Shown here: in pieces, positions 50,402 to 63,409 of the stretch
Position numbering within the stretch: position 1 is the stretch's first letter
How the letters are laid out: the number at the start of each line of letters is the position of its first letter
DNA from: Thecamonas trahens ATCC 50062
Taxonomy: Eukaryota > Protista > Apusomonadida
NCBI RefSeq assembly: GCF_000142905.1
Contig: NW_013657607.1
Coordinates: 36,066 to 100,065, forward strand
Direction: 5' to 3'
Length of the DNA: 64,000 bases
Position numbers and translations under genes: made by a program
The notes under the pieces: model-generated
What the model saw: only the letters and a program-made list of their open reading frames with translations
Databases searched by the model: none
What the model was told of the DNA's origin: nothing

Positions 50402-52899
50402 ATGTCCACAGACATCTACTCGTTCTCCGGGTACAAGGCCCCCCTCGCCTTCTCTGCCCATGCCCCTGCCCCTGGTGGCACCGCTGCTGCCGCCGGCCGG
50501 CCCTCGACCTCGTCTTCACGGCCGATGACTTCGTCGGCAGGTTTCAAGTCGTCGCGAGGCCGGCGGACTCCCGGTGGTACAGCCGGTGGCCCCGGTGGCT
50601 CGCCCCTGGCTCTGGGTGGTGCAGAGGCTCTGGAGGAGACAAAGCCGGCGGCGCCTGAGGACCACGCCAAGAACCTCCAGAGCTCGGTCATGGCCATGGT
50701 CGTTGCCTCGGTTGTCGCTCGCCAGCCGGCCGAGGCCGGTGCGGGTGCGGCGAGCGGAGGCCGTGCCGAGTCGCCGGGGCAGGTGACAGGTAAGCCGCCG
50801 CGGGGAAGCGCCGGGAAAAAAAAGTCGGGCGCCAAGGCCAGCCTCGAGCTTGCCAAAAAGGCCGGCAAGAAGGAGCGCGAGCTGGCGGCATTTCGGGCCG
50901 AGAAGAGCCTCGACGCCAACTTTGAGATTGTGGCGACGACGTACCTCAACTTGGCGCTCTCGTTTGAGACTGCCGGCAAGGGGACCGAAGCCGAGAAGAG
51001 CTACAAGATTGTGGCCAAGAGCAAGGACATTGCCGCCGCCGGCCGCTTCCGCCTCAACATGGCGCGCGTCGCCGTCCGCGAGGGCCGGACTGACGACGCG
51101 CTCAAGAACTACAAGATGGCCCTCGACCAGATCCCGGTCACCTCGCCGCGGCTCCGCTCGAGGGTCCTCGCCTCCATTGCCGGCGTCTACGTCTCGGCCG
51201 GCAAGTACGCCGAAGCCATCACCCACTACGAGGCCGCCCTCAAGGACGCCGGCGACATGTCGGTCGGCTACAACCTCGTCCTCTGCCACTATGCCATGGG
51301 CTCGGCCAAGGACATGCTAGCCGCCTTTGAGGCCATGCTCGCCACACGCTACCTCGGCCGCTCCTCCTTTGATGACGACGACGACGACGAGCTCCTCCCC
51401 CCGCCAGGCGGCGCCTCCTCGCGCCCGGGCTCCGGCTCGGTCCGCCCGGGCTCCGGCTCGGTCCGCCCGGGCTCCGGCTCGGGGCCGGCCGGGGCCGGGC
51501 TCGGGGCGAGCGGCGGCGTAGCCCGCGGCGGCGGCGACGACGACGACGACGGCGACGACAACGGCGGGATGCGGGCCGACTCGCTGCGGGCATACGAGCG
51601 TGCCGTGGAGGCGCGCCGGCACAAGATGGTGCTCGCGGCGGCGCGGCTCATTGCGCCGCACGTGGGCGGGGCGGGCGCGTCTGCGGCCGAAGGCTACGAG
51701 GTCGTGGTACGGGCCATCAAGGGCTCGCGGTACGGACGGTACGCGGCTGAGGTGGAGATCGCCAAAGCCATGCACTACATCAAGGCGCGCGAGTTTGAGA
51801 CGGCCATTGCCACGCTCAAGGCCTTTGAGAAGCGGTCGCAGAGCGGCGTGGCCGGCGCGGCGGCGACCAACGTCTCTGCGCTCTACTTTTTGGAGCGCGA
51901 GTACGCGGCGGCGGACAAGCACGCGTCGCGGGCACTCGAGGCGGACCACTACAATGCCAAGGCGCTGGTGAACAAGGGTAACTGCCTCTACGTCCGCAAA
52001 GAGTTTGAAAAGGCACGTGAGCTGTACATCGAGGCGCTCAACGTCGAGGCCGACTGCACCGAGGCGCTGTACAACCTCGGGCTGGTCAACACGAAGCTCG
52101 GCATGCTCGACTCGGCCCTGCACGCCTTTGAGAAGCTCAACGCCATCCTGCCCAACACGCCCGAGGTCCTCTACAACATCGCCAACATCTACGAGATGCA
52201 GGACGCGCACGACGCCGCCCTCGAGTTCTACTCGGCCCTGCTCTCGGTCCGCCCGCACGACGCCATCATCCTCGCCCGCCTCGGCGCCCTCCACGACCGC
52301 CTCGGCCAGCTCCAGCTGGCGTACAACTACTACCAGCAGTCGTACGCCCTCTTCCCGGCCTGCCTCGACACCCTCGCCTGGCTCGGCGCCCACGCCGTCG
52401 ACAACGCCAACCACGCCGCAGGCATCAAGTACTTTGAGAAGGCCGCCGCCCTGCCCCCGACGACGTCAAGTGGCAGCTGTGGCTCGCCTCGTGCCACCGC
52501 CGCGCTGGCGGCTACCAGCAGGCCCTCGGCATCTACAAGGACATCCACGAACGCTTCCCCAACGATGTCGAGACCCTGCAGTACCTCGAGCGCATCTGCA
52601 AAGAGATGTCGCTCCACCAGGACGCCGCACACTACGCCCAGCTCCTCGCCCGCCTCACCGCTGGTCGCGCCCGACCCGACATGCCTGCCGACGACGCCCG
52701 CCGCACCGGCCGTGGCCGCGGCGCGCAGCAGTACGTCCCCGAAGGCGGCTTTGCCTCGGCCGGCGCAGAGTTTGACCCCAACTCGGTCCGCGTCGACGTC
52801 GCAGACGACGGCGACTCACGCCGCCGTGACGTCCGTCCCAACGACGACGACGACTGGGTTGACGACGATGACCACCTCGACGAGCTCCTCCCACAGTAG
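50402..52899 (+). CDS. IFT88: Intraflagellar transport protein 88 (TPR protein); frameshift at about 52455
   Basis: IFT88-typical AATNVSALYFLE...DHYNAKALVNKGNC...ALNVEADCTEALYNLGL...FEKLNAILP. After a one-base shift the sequence continues DDVKWQLWLASCHRRAGGYQQALGIYKDIHERFPNDVETLQYLERIC...DELLPQ-stop. Confidence 0.92.
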
Positions 52900-53382
52900 T
52901 CGTGGCGCAGGCAAACAGAGGCCCTGTTCCACATGCATTACAACCAGTACACACAGGACGCACAGGAGACGCCCGTGAGCACAGGCACGGGTCCTGCGGT
53001 TGATCACCAAAAAGCGGTCCTCTCTCTCTCGCACACTCACGCCACCCCCCTCCAGCACCCCCCCCCCCCCCCCACACACTCTCTCTTGCAGCACACCTCT
53101 CTCTCTTCTCCCACATCTACACAACTGCGTGGCATGGTACCCACAAGGCTGTAGGTGCCCGGGGCGTACGGAGGCAGACCATTTGCTTGCATGTGAGAGA
53201 GAGAGAGAGAGAGTGTGTGTGTGGTTTGTGACCGACCAAATTTTTATCATTTCCACCGTGACAAACCCAGGTCGGTCCCTCCCCCGGCTGCGACTCGGCT
53301 CAGGACACGGTCGAGGCGGGTCGAGGCTGGCGGAAGAGGCGGCAGCGAGAGGGGAACGGCACCACACTCGCTCGTGCGAGAG

Positions 53383-54459
53383 ATGGCAGAGGGGACGGAG
53401 AGGGCGGCAGCATGCAGAGTGGACGAGGCCCGGTGGCGGGAGCAAGCGGCGGGCGCTGTGGTGCGTGCGCGGCGGCTGGCGAGGGAGGCCGACGGTGGGT
53501 ATGGGGCGGTGCCGATTCCGGTGTATCTCCCGACCCAAATTGCAATCAGCGAACTGTCCCGGTACTGTGTCCGCCCTGTCAACGCCCGCGCAGACCTCTC
53601 CCACGGCCGGCATCCCGTCCACAACTCGGCCCTCTTCTGGCGCATCTCGTCCAAGAGCAAGCTGCTCTTCGAGGGCTGGCTCGACCACAGCGACGCGCTG
53701 GTGCTGGCAGAGCTTGTCGGCCGCGGCTGGCTCGTCAAGCCCATCGTCGTCAAGAACGCGAGCCGGGAGCTACGATCGGGAGAGCAGGCAGCGGCAGAAG
53801 CGGGCGCGGGCGCAGAAGGTGATGAGGAGACGGACGAGGCGGCCGAGGCGCTGGTGGTGCAGCGGCGGGAGGCGACCAAGAACGCGTATGTGGAGATGGT
53901 GTCGGCCGAGTACGCGCCGCTGCATCCGATGCAGGTCGCCGTGATGTGCAAGGTGCCGGCCGAGGTGCGGACCGAGGTGAGCGCGGCGATCAGGGACGGG
54001 CTGAAGCACGAGGCGGATCTTGTGGAGCTGCCGGGCGAGGACGAGGCGCAGTGGCTCAACTACACACCGGCGCACACCACGGCGGCCAGCATCCGCGACC
54101 GCAACCGCGCCCTGTACATGCCCGAGTACAACTTGATGCGCGCCGGGCTGACCGCCGCCGTCGCCTCGCGGCAGAGCCACAACATCGAGCGGAACTTGCT
54201 GCGGACAAAGGCCCAGCGGGCGTACAACGCCAAGCGGCGGGCCAAGGACAAGGCTGCCGCAGGCGGCTTTGACACCGTCGCCGACAACTTTGCGCCCGGC
54301 ATGAGCGCCGGTGTCCTCAACGCGCTCCTCTACTCGGACAAAGTCTCGCAGAAGCACATCGCGGTCATGATCAACTCCAACGGTCTCGTCGACGACTGGG
54401 ACGCGACTGAGCGGAAGCGGAAGCGGAAGCGGAAGCGGAAGCGGAAGCGGAAGCGGCGT

Positions 54460-54500
<41 letters not shown>

Positions 54501-56234
54501 TGGCGATGGCAATGACGAGGGCGGGGCGGGCAACAAGCGGCGGAAGAGGTCGGCGTTTGAGGACGCTGTGGCGCGCGAGCGGGCGCGTGACGCCGCCATC
54601 GTCTCGTCAAGCAAGTGGCAGGCGCTGGTGGCCGAGGCGCAGCGGGAGGTGGCCGATCCGCGGGTGCTGGCACCGGCGCGCGACGCGCTCGTCGCCATGT
54701 GGGGCCGCAAGTGCCACAAGGGCGTCCGCGAGCTCGTCAAGTCGTGGGGCGGCTCGCTGGCGGTCAAGCTCGACGTGCGGTACGAGGCGACGGGCCGGGT
54801 GATGGCGCTCGGCAGCGTGCAGAACGGGCGGCATCCGGCATTTCCCGAGATGATCCGCTTCCGCATCGTCACCTCGTACACCCACAGGCTCTTCAGCCAC
54901 TTTGTGGGCTGGCTCTGGCGCCACGAGGCCCGCAAGGTCGCTGGCCTCATCGCCGCCGAGGCCGGCGTCTACATTGCGCCCGAGATCCCGCGCCCGCTGA
55001 GCTCTGCCGAGTCGGCCGACCCGCGGGCCCTGCTCGACCGCATCATTGCCGAGCGGGCCATGGATCCGGCGTCGATGCCGCACCTGGCGTTCAGCCACCC
55101 GCCGCCTGCTCTGGCTGGCCGCCGGCCGCGGGCCCGCCCGGCGGCGCTCGGCCCGTGGGACGTGTGGGCCTTCCGCTTTGTCCGCACCCGCGACTGGGTC
55201 CTCCCACGAGTCGTCGATCCGCCGGCGTACCCGCGGCTGAGCCGGGCCGAGGTCCTCGCTAACCAGGTCGGCCTTGATCCGAGCCTCCGTGTCGACGGCC
55301 GCCGCCTCCACGCGCCCATCCACGTCATGCACGGGCGGCACCCGACCGATGAGCGGCTCTTCTTCTACCGCTTCACCACCACCGAGAAGACGATCAAGGG
55401 CAGCTACGGCGGGTTCTTCTACCCGGATGAGGTCCCGCTCGCCGCCATGTCGGTCATGGCCGCCTCCGATTGGCTCTCCTACGACGTCATGAACCCGGCC
55501 ATGCGCGCCCTGCGCTACTCCGCCGAGGGCCCGGCCGACGTCCGTGGCGTCGTCAGTCTCTCGGATGCGTCGGCTGCCGAGGCTGCTGCCGCCGTCCGCA
55601 TCCCCAACGGCGCGAGCGCCAAGCAGCCCATGGTGACGCCCGTCGTCGATCGCTTCCGTGGCCGCCACCCGGACGCCTCCATCGGCGAGCTCTTCTGGTT
55701 CATCGTCTTCCACCCGGCGGTCAAGGCGTGGATGCTCCGGCGGGCTCTCGCGCCGCACGCGGCACAGCCGGTCATCGAGGGCTGGATGACGGTTGTCGAG
55801 GCCCGCGGCGTGGCCCATCGCCTGGCTGTCATGATCGACCTCGTCGCCCAGGGCTGCGTGGTGCACAACCAGGTGTGGCGCTTCCCCGAGCCGCTCCGCT
55901 CGCAGCTCTCGGCCCGCCGCCGTGCCCAGCGCGCCGAGCGGACTGTTGCCCGCGAAGCGCTCCACGACCACCTCCGCGGCATCGAGTTTGCCAAAAAGCA
56001 CCGTGCCACCGCCGCGTCGCTCGCCAACAGCCTCACCTACGATCGCTTCGGCCTCCGGGTGTACAACCACAAGCCGTCGGTCGGCGCCCCGGTGGTGCCG
56101 GTCACCGCCATGCTCCGCACCACCAACAAGAGCAATCAGGGGAAGAGGCGATGGCGGTGGAGCGGGAAGCTGGCGAGCTCGGCCACGGGCTCTGGCGGTC
56201 TGCAATGGGTCGAGCGCGATGCTGAGGATGACGA

Positions 56235-56274
<40 letters not shown>

Positions 56275-56292
56275 GAGGAGGAGGGTGAGTGA
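53383..56292 (+). CDS. Hypothetical protein (969 aa) with a (KR)n/(DG)n low-complexity tract
   Basis: Long ORF with codon usage like the neighbouring genes. No family confidently recognised. Confidence 0.75.
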
Positions 56293-56753
56293 GCATAGCT
56301 AAATATTGTATTTGCCGAGTACTGTACCGGGACATAGTCCACCGGGCTCTGCTACACGCTCCCGACTGCGAGCACAGATTCAAGAAACACGCTACGCAGT
56401 GCGTGAGCCATGACTAGCTGCATGCAAAAGCCACCCAAGCCAGAGAGTGCGTGGGGCTTGCGTGCGATGTGGAGCTTGCGTTTGGGCGTGGGACGAGCGG
56501 GAGCGGGGAACGTGCGGAAGATGTTGTGTAAAAATTTCCGCCACGCCCGAGCATCCCGGCGTTGACCGACTGGTGGTGGAGCAGTGACTGACACCAGCCA
56601 ATCATCGCTGGCCCAAACTCGTCCCAAACTCGGCGGCACGGGCACTCGACGCTCAGCGGGAGGGGGCAAGGGCAAGCACTCCGGCGGTGGTGAGGGCATA
56701 CGGGCGGAGAGTACCCGGTGACGTGCAGGCCTTTGTGGAGTGTGTCCAGGAGC

Positions 56754-59700
56754 ATGTGGTATGCACGTGGACGGCGTAATGCAAAAGTGGTCGAGCGGCT
56801 CAGGCTCGCGGTCGTGGCCGTCATGGTCGTGGTGGCGGTGGCAGGCGGACTGGGCGAGTGGCCGACGGCGGCAGGCAGTCGGACGACCATCCGGGTGTTC
56901 ACCATCTTCCCGTTGGGGCAAGCCTCCGGTGTTGTAGTCGGCAAAGTCACGGCGGATTTTAACCAGGCCTCCACCACCACATTTGCAGACGCATCGTTTA
57001 TGCCCTTTCCTCGGTGCAGGCAGAGTACACGCCGTGGTTGGCAGGCCGTGGAGGCCCCGATGTCATCCCCATGTACGAGGGCGGTGGAGGGCAGGAGCTC
57101 CTCACGTCGGACAACTACGTCTCGCTCGATGGGCTGTGGGAGGAGCTCGGGCTGGAGGACGACGTCCTGCCGGCAGCCAGGCGCAAGTGCAAGGGCGCCG
57201 ACGGATCGTACTACGTCCTCCCGCTCTACATCGAGCCATCGCTCTGCGTCTACTCGACCGAGGTCTTTGACGACCTCGCTCTCGTCCCCCCGACCACCTA
57301 CGACGAGCTGCTCCAGCTCTGCGCCGTCGTCACCGCCTCGGGCCGCGCCTGTCTGGCCGGCGACTCGGTCCGGGTTGCGGCGTCAACCTACTTTGACGAG
57401 CTCGTCATCAAGATGCACGGCAACGAGGTGTACAAGTCCTTTGTGGCCGGCGGCATCTCCTTTGTCGACGAGCGCATCGTTGCGTCGTTTCACGCGCTCC
57501 GCGAGCTGGTGGTCTCGGGCGCCAAGGCGCCCGATCCGGCCACCAACTACACCCGGCCGTACTACCCGCACCACGTAGCCTCGGGCGCTGCCGCCATCTA
57601 CTGCGGCTTCTCCATGTTCGGCACCGACTTTCCGGACGCGCCGCTCGATGTCTTTGCCTTTCCGCCGTACGGCACGCGCGGCGCCGAGCCGGCCGAAGCG
57701 GGAGCGGTGGCGACGGCCGGCGACGGCGTCTCGACCAACGCGCTCATCTCTATGTTCAACACGCTGGCGGTGCCGAAGCGGGCGCTGCGTGTCCTCAACG
57801 CGCTCGAGTACGTCTCCTTTGCGCTCAACGCGTCCCATCTCGCCGCCGCCGTCCCGCTCTCGCCGTCGGGCCTCCCTGCGCGGACCTCGCTGTTCAACGT
57901 GTCAACGGCGCGGTTCCACACGCTGGCGGCGGCGGTGGTGAAGGGCGCCGACGACATTGTGCCGCGGTCGATGGCCGGCTTTGGCTCGCCGTCGCTAGTG
58001 GCGGCGTACCACGAGATGATGCTGATGCTCGACAGGGCGCGGAGCGGCGAGGCGGTCGACGAGCTGCTCGCGGCCCAGCTGCCGATGCTGGAGGCCATCC
58101 GGCAGGCCGAGGTCTACCAGCTCGTCCTCGCACCGGTGGTGGACACGCCCAGCGGGACGTACACCACGACACTGAGCGTGGGTATCACTGTCCTCACCCC
58201 GGGCGCCACCATCTACTACACCCTCGACGACTCGAGGCCGACGGCCGACTCGCCGACGTACACCTCGCCCATCCTGCTCGAGTCGTCGGGCGAGGTCCAT
58301 TTGCGGGCGTACGCCGCCGCCGAGGGCCTCACAGCCTCGCCGGTCGTCCACGTTGTGTACGTCATCAATCTGGCGGTGGGCAGCGAGTCGAGCAGCGGCG
58401 GAGCCGTGAGCAGCAGCGGGTCGGCGGCGGCGCGGGCGGCATCGTCGACGGTGGCGGTGGCGGTGGTGGTGCCTGTGGCGGTGGCGGTGGCAGTGGCGGC
58501 GGTGGCGGCGGCGGTGGTCATCCATCGGCGGCGGCAGGTAGTGTACACGCTCACCTCGGACGACGACCTCATCATCACCCACAACGACCTCACGCTCGGC
58601 GAGGTGGTCGGCCACGGAGCGTACGGCCGGGTCTACGCCGGGATGTGGCGGCGGACGGCAGTGGCGGTCAAGCAGCCGCACGCTGGCGGCCTCGACTGGG
58701 ACCCGGCGCGGGTGCACAAGTTCATGGACGAGGCGGCGATGCTGATGCGTCTGAGGCACCCCAACGTCATCCTCTTTATGGGCGTCACCGTCTCGCCGCC
58801 GTCCATCGTCACTGAGTTTATGGCCCGCGGCTCGCTCTACAGCATCATCCACACGCCCGACCTCGCCATCCCCACCTCGGCCGTCTTCCGCTGGGCACAC
58901 TGCATGGCCCAGGGCATGCAGTACCTTGCCGCATCGGGCGTCGTCCACGGCGATCTCAAGTCGCTCAACGTCCTCTTTGACGCAAACTGGGTGCCCAAGG
59001 TCTCAGACTTTGGCCTCGCCTCGCTCAAGATGGACGCCATCCGAGACCCGCCCGTCTCCGCCGTCTCCGCCGTCTCCGCCGTCTCTCGCCCGGCGGGAGG
59101 TGCCGAGGCCGACGCCGACGCCCGGGGCAGCCCATTGAGCTCATCGCCTCCACGAGGGCGGTCGATGGCTACGGTGGCGCCGGCGTCGGCGGTGAGCCGG
59201 AGCGCGAGCGGCGTCCTCTCCAACTCGCACTCGCACTCGGCGCTGCGGTTCCCGCTGGCGATGTCGTTGCCTGCCATGGGTGGCGAGGGCGTGATGAGCG
59301 AGATGTCGATGAGCGAGGTGCCGAGCGGGAAGCCCGGGTTCGGCTCGCCAGACTCGGTGAGCATCGAGTTGGCGCCGTTGTCGGGCACGGGCGCATCGGT
59401 GACAACGCTGCGGACGATGCGCTCGCAGCCGTCACTCGACGAGCTGGAGCAGTCGACGTCGACGTCGGCGACCGGTCGCGGGCCGGGCCGGCAGCCGACG
59501 CGGGGGCGGGTACAGACAGGGACTGAGTCAAGGACCGGGACGACGACGGCGACGGTGAGCGCGCTGTCTGGCGAGCGGCGGACGGCGGTGATCGGGACGC
59601 TCCTCTGGGCAGCGCCCGAGGTCATCCTCAGCTCCGGGCAGGAGGTCTCGTTTGCGTCGGACGCGTACGCGCTCGGGGTGACCCTCTGGGAGCTGGCGAC

Positions 59701-61924
59701 GCGGTCCGAGGTGTATCCGGGCGAGAACGCGGTGGCTGCGGCGCTGGCGGTGGTCTCTGGCCGGCGGCCGCCGGTGGACGCCATCCCGCCGCCGCTCTCG
59801 CCGCTGGCGCCCATCATCGCGGGTCTCTGGGGTCAGCAGGCCGAGGCGCGGCTGACCATGGACGCGGCGGTGCCGCTGCTGGCGCGGTTGTACACGCCGG
59901 CAGAGGTGGCGTACCCATCGACGGCGGTCGGCCCGCCCATGACCGCCCTCGTCGTCCGCGTTGCCTTGCCCGACGCCTTGCGGTGGCTCATCAGCGAGCC
60001 ACACGACGCCGAGCGCAAGCTGACCCATCTGCATACCCAGGCCGCGTCGGCGGCGCAGCAGCACGGCGGGATGGTCGTCGACTGGTCGCTCGACTCGGTT
60101 GTTGTCGCCCTGGCCTCGCCAGGCGCCCTCGTCGCCTACCTCTACGCCCTCCGCGCCGTCTACGTCGTCACCGGCCCAGGCATCATGGCCGTTGCCTACG
60201 GCGCCCGCAACGACGAGCAGACGAGCCTGGCGACTACCCTCGGCGAGCTCGCGGCCGCCCAATCGCCACGGGCGGCCGACGGCAGCCGTCGCGGGTGCTC
60301 GCTTCGCGGGCCTGTTGCCGGCCAGCTTGACGAGCTCTGGCGCGCGGCGCACCGGCGAATGGCGTTCACCGCCACGCCGCAGGCGCACCCCATCTTTGTC
60401 TCGCAGGAGGCCTTTACCATCCTCGCCGCCGCCGCCGACCTTGATGTGCCGACGACCTCGACGGGCACGCCATCGTCTGCGGCTACGACGGCTCCGGCGT
60501 CGGTAGCCTCGTCGGTCGGCGAGCTCCGCGCCGGTGTGGTGAACGCGCCGGCGCCGAGCCGCGGCGGCGATGGCACGGTGCCGACGTCGGTGACGCTGGC
60601 GAGCGCAGCGGCGGCGCTTGCGGGTGACGGTGTCGAGGGGAGGAGCCGCGGAAGCGGGCCGATGGCAGCAACGACGGGGAGGCTGGCCATCCCGCTGGAG
60701 CGGAGCGTGCTGGGCAACAGCGGCGGGCTGGATGGCCACGTCTCGTGGTTCCGCTACCGCCGGCTGTTCACCCGGCCGGACCAGCCGGGCTTCTACGTCC
60801 TGCAGGCCGAGACCGGGCGCGGCCTGTTTGCAGCGCGGGGCATGAGCTCGGCCGTACTGAGCCTACCTGGGCCTGATCGCGACGACGACAGCGGGGGATC
60901 GCCGCGGTCTGCGCGGTCTGGACGATCGGTGTCGCCGAGGAGCGGCGGGAGCGGCGGGAGCGGGAGCGGCGGGCTCGTCGCCTTTCTCTCGCGGCGCGAG
61001 ATGGAGGCGGTGCTCGAGGCTGGCGGGCCGATGGTGCTCGGCGGGTACACGCGGGTGGTGGAGAGCGAGTGGCGCGGGTGCGAGGTGGTGGCCAAGGTTC
61101 TGCTGGAGCTGCCGCGAACGCCACAGCAGCTGCTGCAGGTGGCGGTGTGCATGGCGTCGGCGGTGAGCGTGGGCGTCGAGTGCCTATCGATCGTCTCGCC
61201 GCTGGCGCTCTGCCTCGAGCCGCCGCATGTGGCGCTCATCTACCCGCGGATCAGCGGCGAGTCGTTGGAGGAGCTCCTCGCCGAGGCCTTTCTTGTCGGG
61301 CGGCCTCACGATCGGTCGTCGCAGCGACGGCAGAAGCGGCTGCCGCGGGGCGGCGGAGTGAGCGGCGTCGGCGGGTTGGCCGGGCTCGACGAGCTGAGCT
61401 CGGGCTCGGGCCTCGATCACGTGCGGGCGCTGAGCATCGGACTGGCGCTGGCGCGTGCGCTCGCCGAGGTCCACTCGATCACGGGCGGCGGGCACGGCTC
61501 GCTCAAGCCATCCAACGTGGTGGTGGTCCACGAGAGCGGACGGGTGGTCCTCCTCGACTATGGGCTCAACGCCATCAAGAGCAACCAGGGGACGATGACG
61601 GTGGTGCCATCGGTGGCGTACATGGCGCCGGAGCAGCTGCGCGGAGCCGACGAGGGCCCCGAGGGCGACATGTTCACCTTTGGCACGCTCCTCTACGAGA
61701 TGCTCATGCGGGCACCGGCGTTTGATGGCAGCAACGCCATGGAGGTTGGCCGCCACATCCTCGCCGGCAACGTCCCGGACGCGATGGTGGCCAACTCGGA
61801 CGGCGCTGTCTGTGGGCTCATCCAGCGGTGTTGGTCGGTCGATCCACTGGTGAGGCCCATGGCACAGGAGGCTGCGGATGTGCTGGCGGCGGCGAGGATC
61901 CGGGCGCGGTGCTCAGAGGAGTAA
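56754..61924 (+). CDS. Receptor kinase: extracellular solute-binding protein, Fn3-associated (chitobiase C-terminal-like) domain, TM, TKL kinase, degenerate cyclase-like region, pseudokinase; frameshift at about 57010
   Basis: Signal peptide in the frame starting at 56754. SBP_bac_1-like motifs (GGPDV, DGSYYVLP, YSTEVFDDLALVPPTTYDELL). TPGATIYYTLDDSRPT..SPTY. TM helix. Kinase GHGAYGRV/VAVK/LRHPNVILFMG/HGDLKSLN/DFG/WAAPE. Second kinase HGSLKPSN/DYG/YMAPE. Confidence 0.88.
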
Positions 61925-62149
61925 AGGCGGTGGGTGTTATGGGTGGCGGCGGAGGATGATGGGGGGCAGTTGGAGAATACGGTGAGGAGGCGGTTGGGGT
62001 CGGAGGGGTGGGGGATGGAGAGGCCGGTGTGGTTGGCGATCGTGATGCGGGTGGAGGTGGAGTGGGGGCGAGGAACCAGTAGGAGGGAGGGGATGAGACG
62101 GTGGGGGCGTGGTGGCGTGGAGGATGTAGCCGGTTGGGGTAGGGTGCCA

Positions 62150-63311
62150 CTGGACCGTGTCGTATGAGAATGCGCGAGAGATCAGGACAGACAGCTGGCC
62201 ATCCGCACTCGGCAGCGCAATCAAGCCGCCCACGTAGTCGGTATGGCCCTCCAGCACCTCACAGGAGGCAATGCCCGCAGTGTACCGCATCGCGCCCATC
62301 CCGTTGTCTGCACTGTGAACAGTGCCAGTCTCGATTCCTTCAGGAGGGATGCAGAACGAGACAAGTGGGTGCTAATCAAAGGATGGGCTCGAGACGTCGT
62401 AGCGGACACAGCGAGCATGGGCTCGACCTTCGGTCGGCCAGCCCTCGTAGGCTTAAGTGGATGGTCTGTGTACTCAGCTACGGACGCTGTTGCGTATTGA
62501 TTCAACGGGACTGGTTGGGACGAGGCGGTTGGCCGGACAAGCGGTCACGGCAGAACGACATCAATGAATGGTGTGCGAGGCAAGGTGGATGGGGTGGTCA
62601 CGTTGTGGGAGCGCAATGCCGCGAGAACAACAGCCTCAACCGTCGAGTTGGACGCCATCGTTGTCCAGAACTCTGCCGCGGCCTTGGAATCACAGGTTGC
62701 GTTGATTGGATGAAGGAAGAGTCCACTGCGCTCGGTAACCTGCCAGGCATCGGTGGGGAGGAGCGGCAGCATGGGTCCTGCAAGGACAATGGCAAGCTCC
62801 TCGAGCAGGAACTTCTTCTGGGCGAGCCGAAGCGCAGTGTGATCACGAACCTTGGTCTGATGCTGGATCGCCCCCTCGGCGAACTGATCGACTATCGCAG
62901 CAAGCTCGTCGTCGTGTTTGCACACTTCAACCAGTCGCTGACTTGCCTCGTCCACCCACGACCCGCGGGCGTCCTGTCGGACGTGAGACCAAGACACTAG
63001 CTCGACACCCCCTTCTCTGCTACGACACTTGCCCAGGCTTCCTCTGCGTGACGTTGCTCTTTGATGCGCCTATTTCGCGCACTGCTCTTGAGCGCTGCAT
63101 TGACGTTACGGTGGAGATCAGCCGTTGTGAGCACAACAATCTCAGCTTCAGCGTATGCTGCCTTGACGTGACCGAGCAAGTCAGAGGCGCGCTCGAGAGC
63201 ATTGGTGCCAATGGAGAAGGGTGGTGTCGAGACTCCCACGAGCACACGCTCAAACGTACTCCCACAAGAGGCAATGTGTTTGAGAGCTACTCTACGAGCC
63301 ATGTTGGCCAT
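62150..63311 (-). pseudogene. Decayed coding-like fragments including a WD40-like remnant
   Basis: Short frame-switching ORFs with lower GC than the flanking genes. The fragment VLEGHTDYVGGLIALP resembles the start of a WD40 repeat. Confidence 0.3.
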
Positions 63312-63409
63312 GGCGCGTTGAGTGAGGGTGATTCTGCGAGTGTGGCGGCGCTCCGCCCATTGGCGAATATAATATTACCCGAATCATTTAGAGTCGCTTG
63401 CGCCACCAG

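Noticed and set aside
49602-50658. (TI)n, (VM)n and Pro-rich ORFs, including the N-terminal extension of the IFT88 ORF from 50051
   Set aside because: These are microsatellite and C-rich tract translations. ATG 50402 is the plausible start.
17760-57015. Programmed ribosomal frameshifting to explain the recurrent single-base shifts (about 17770, 34017, 41220, 44627, 45093, 46530, 52455, 57010)
   Set aside because: The sites share no slippery heptamer or stop context. They lie in GC runs or repeats of a gapped draft and even hit conserved IFT88. Sequencing error is the simpler explanation; raw reads would settle it.
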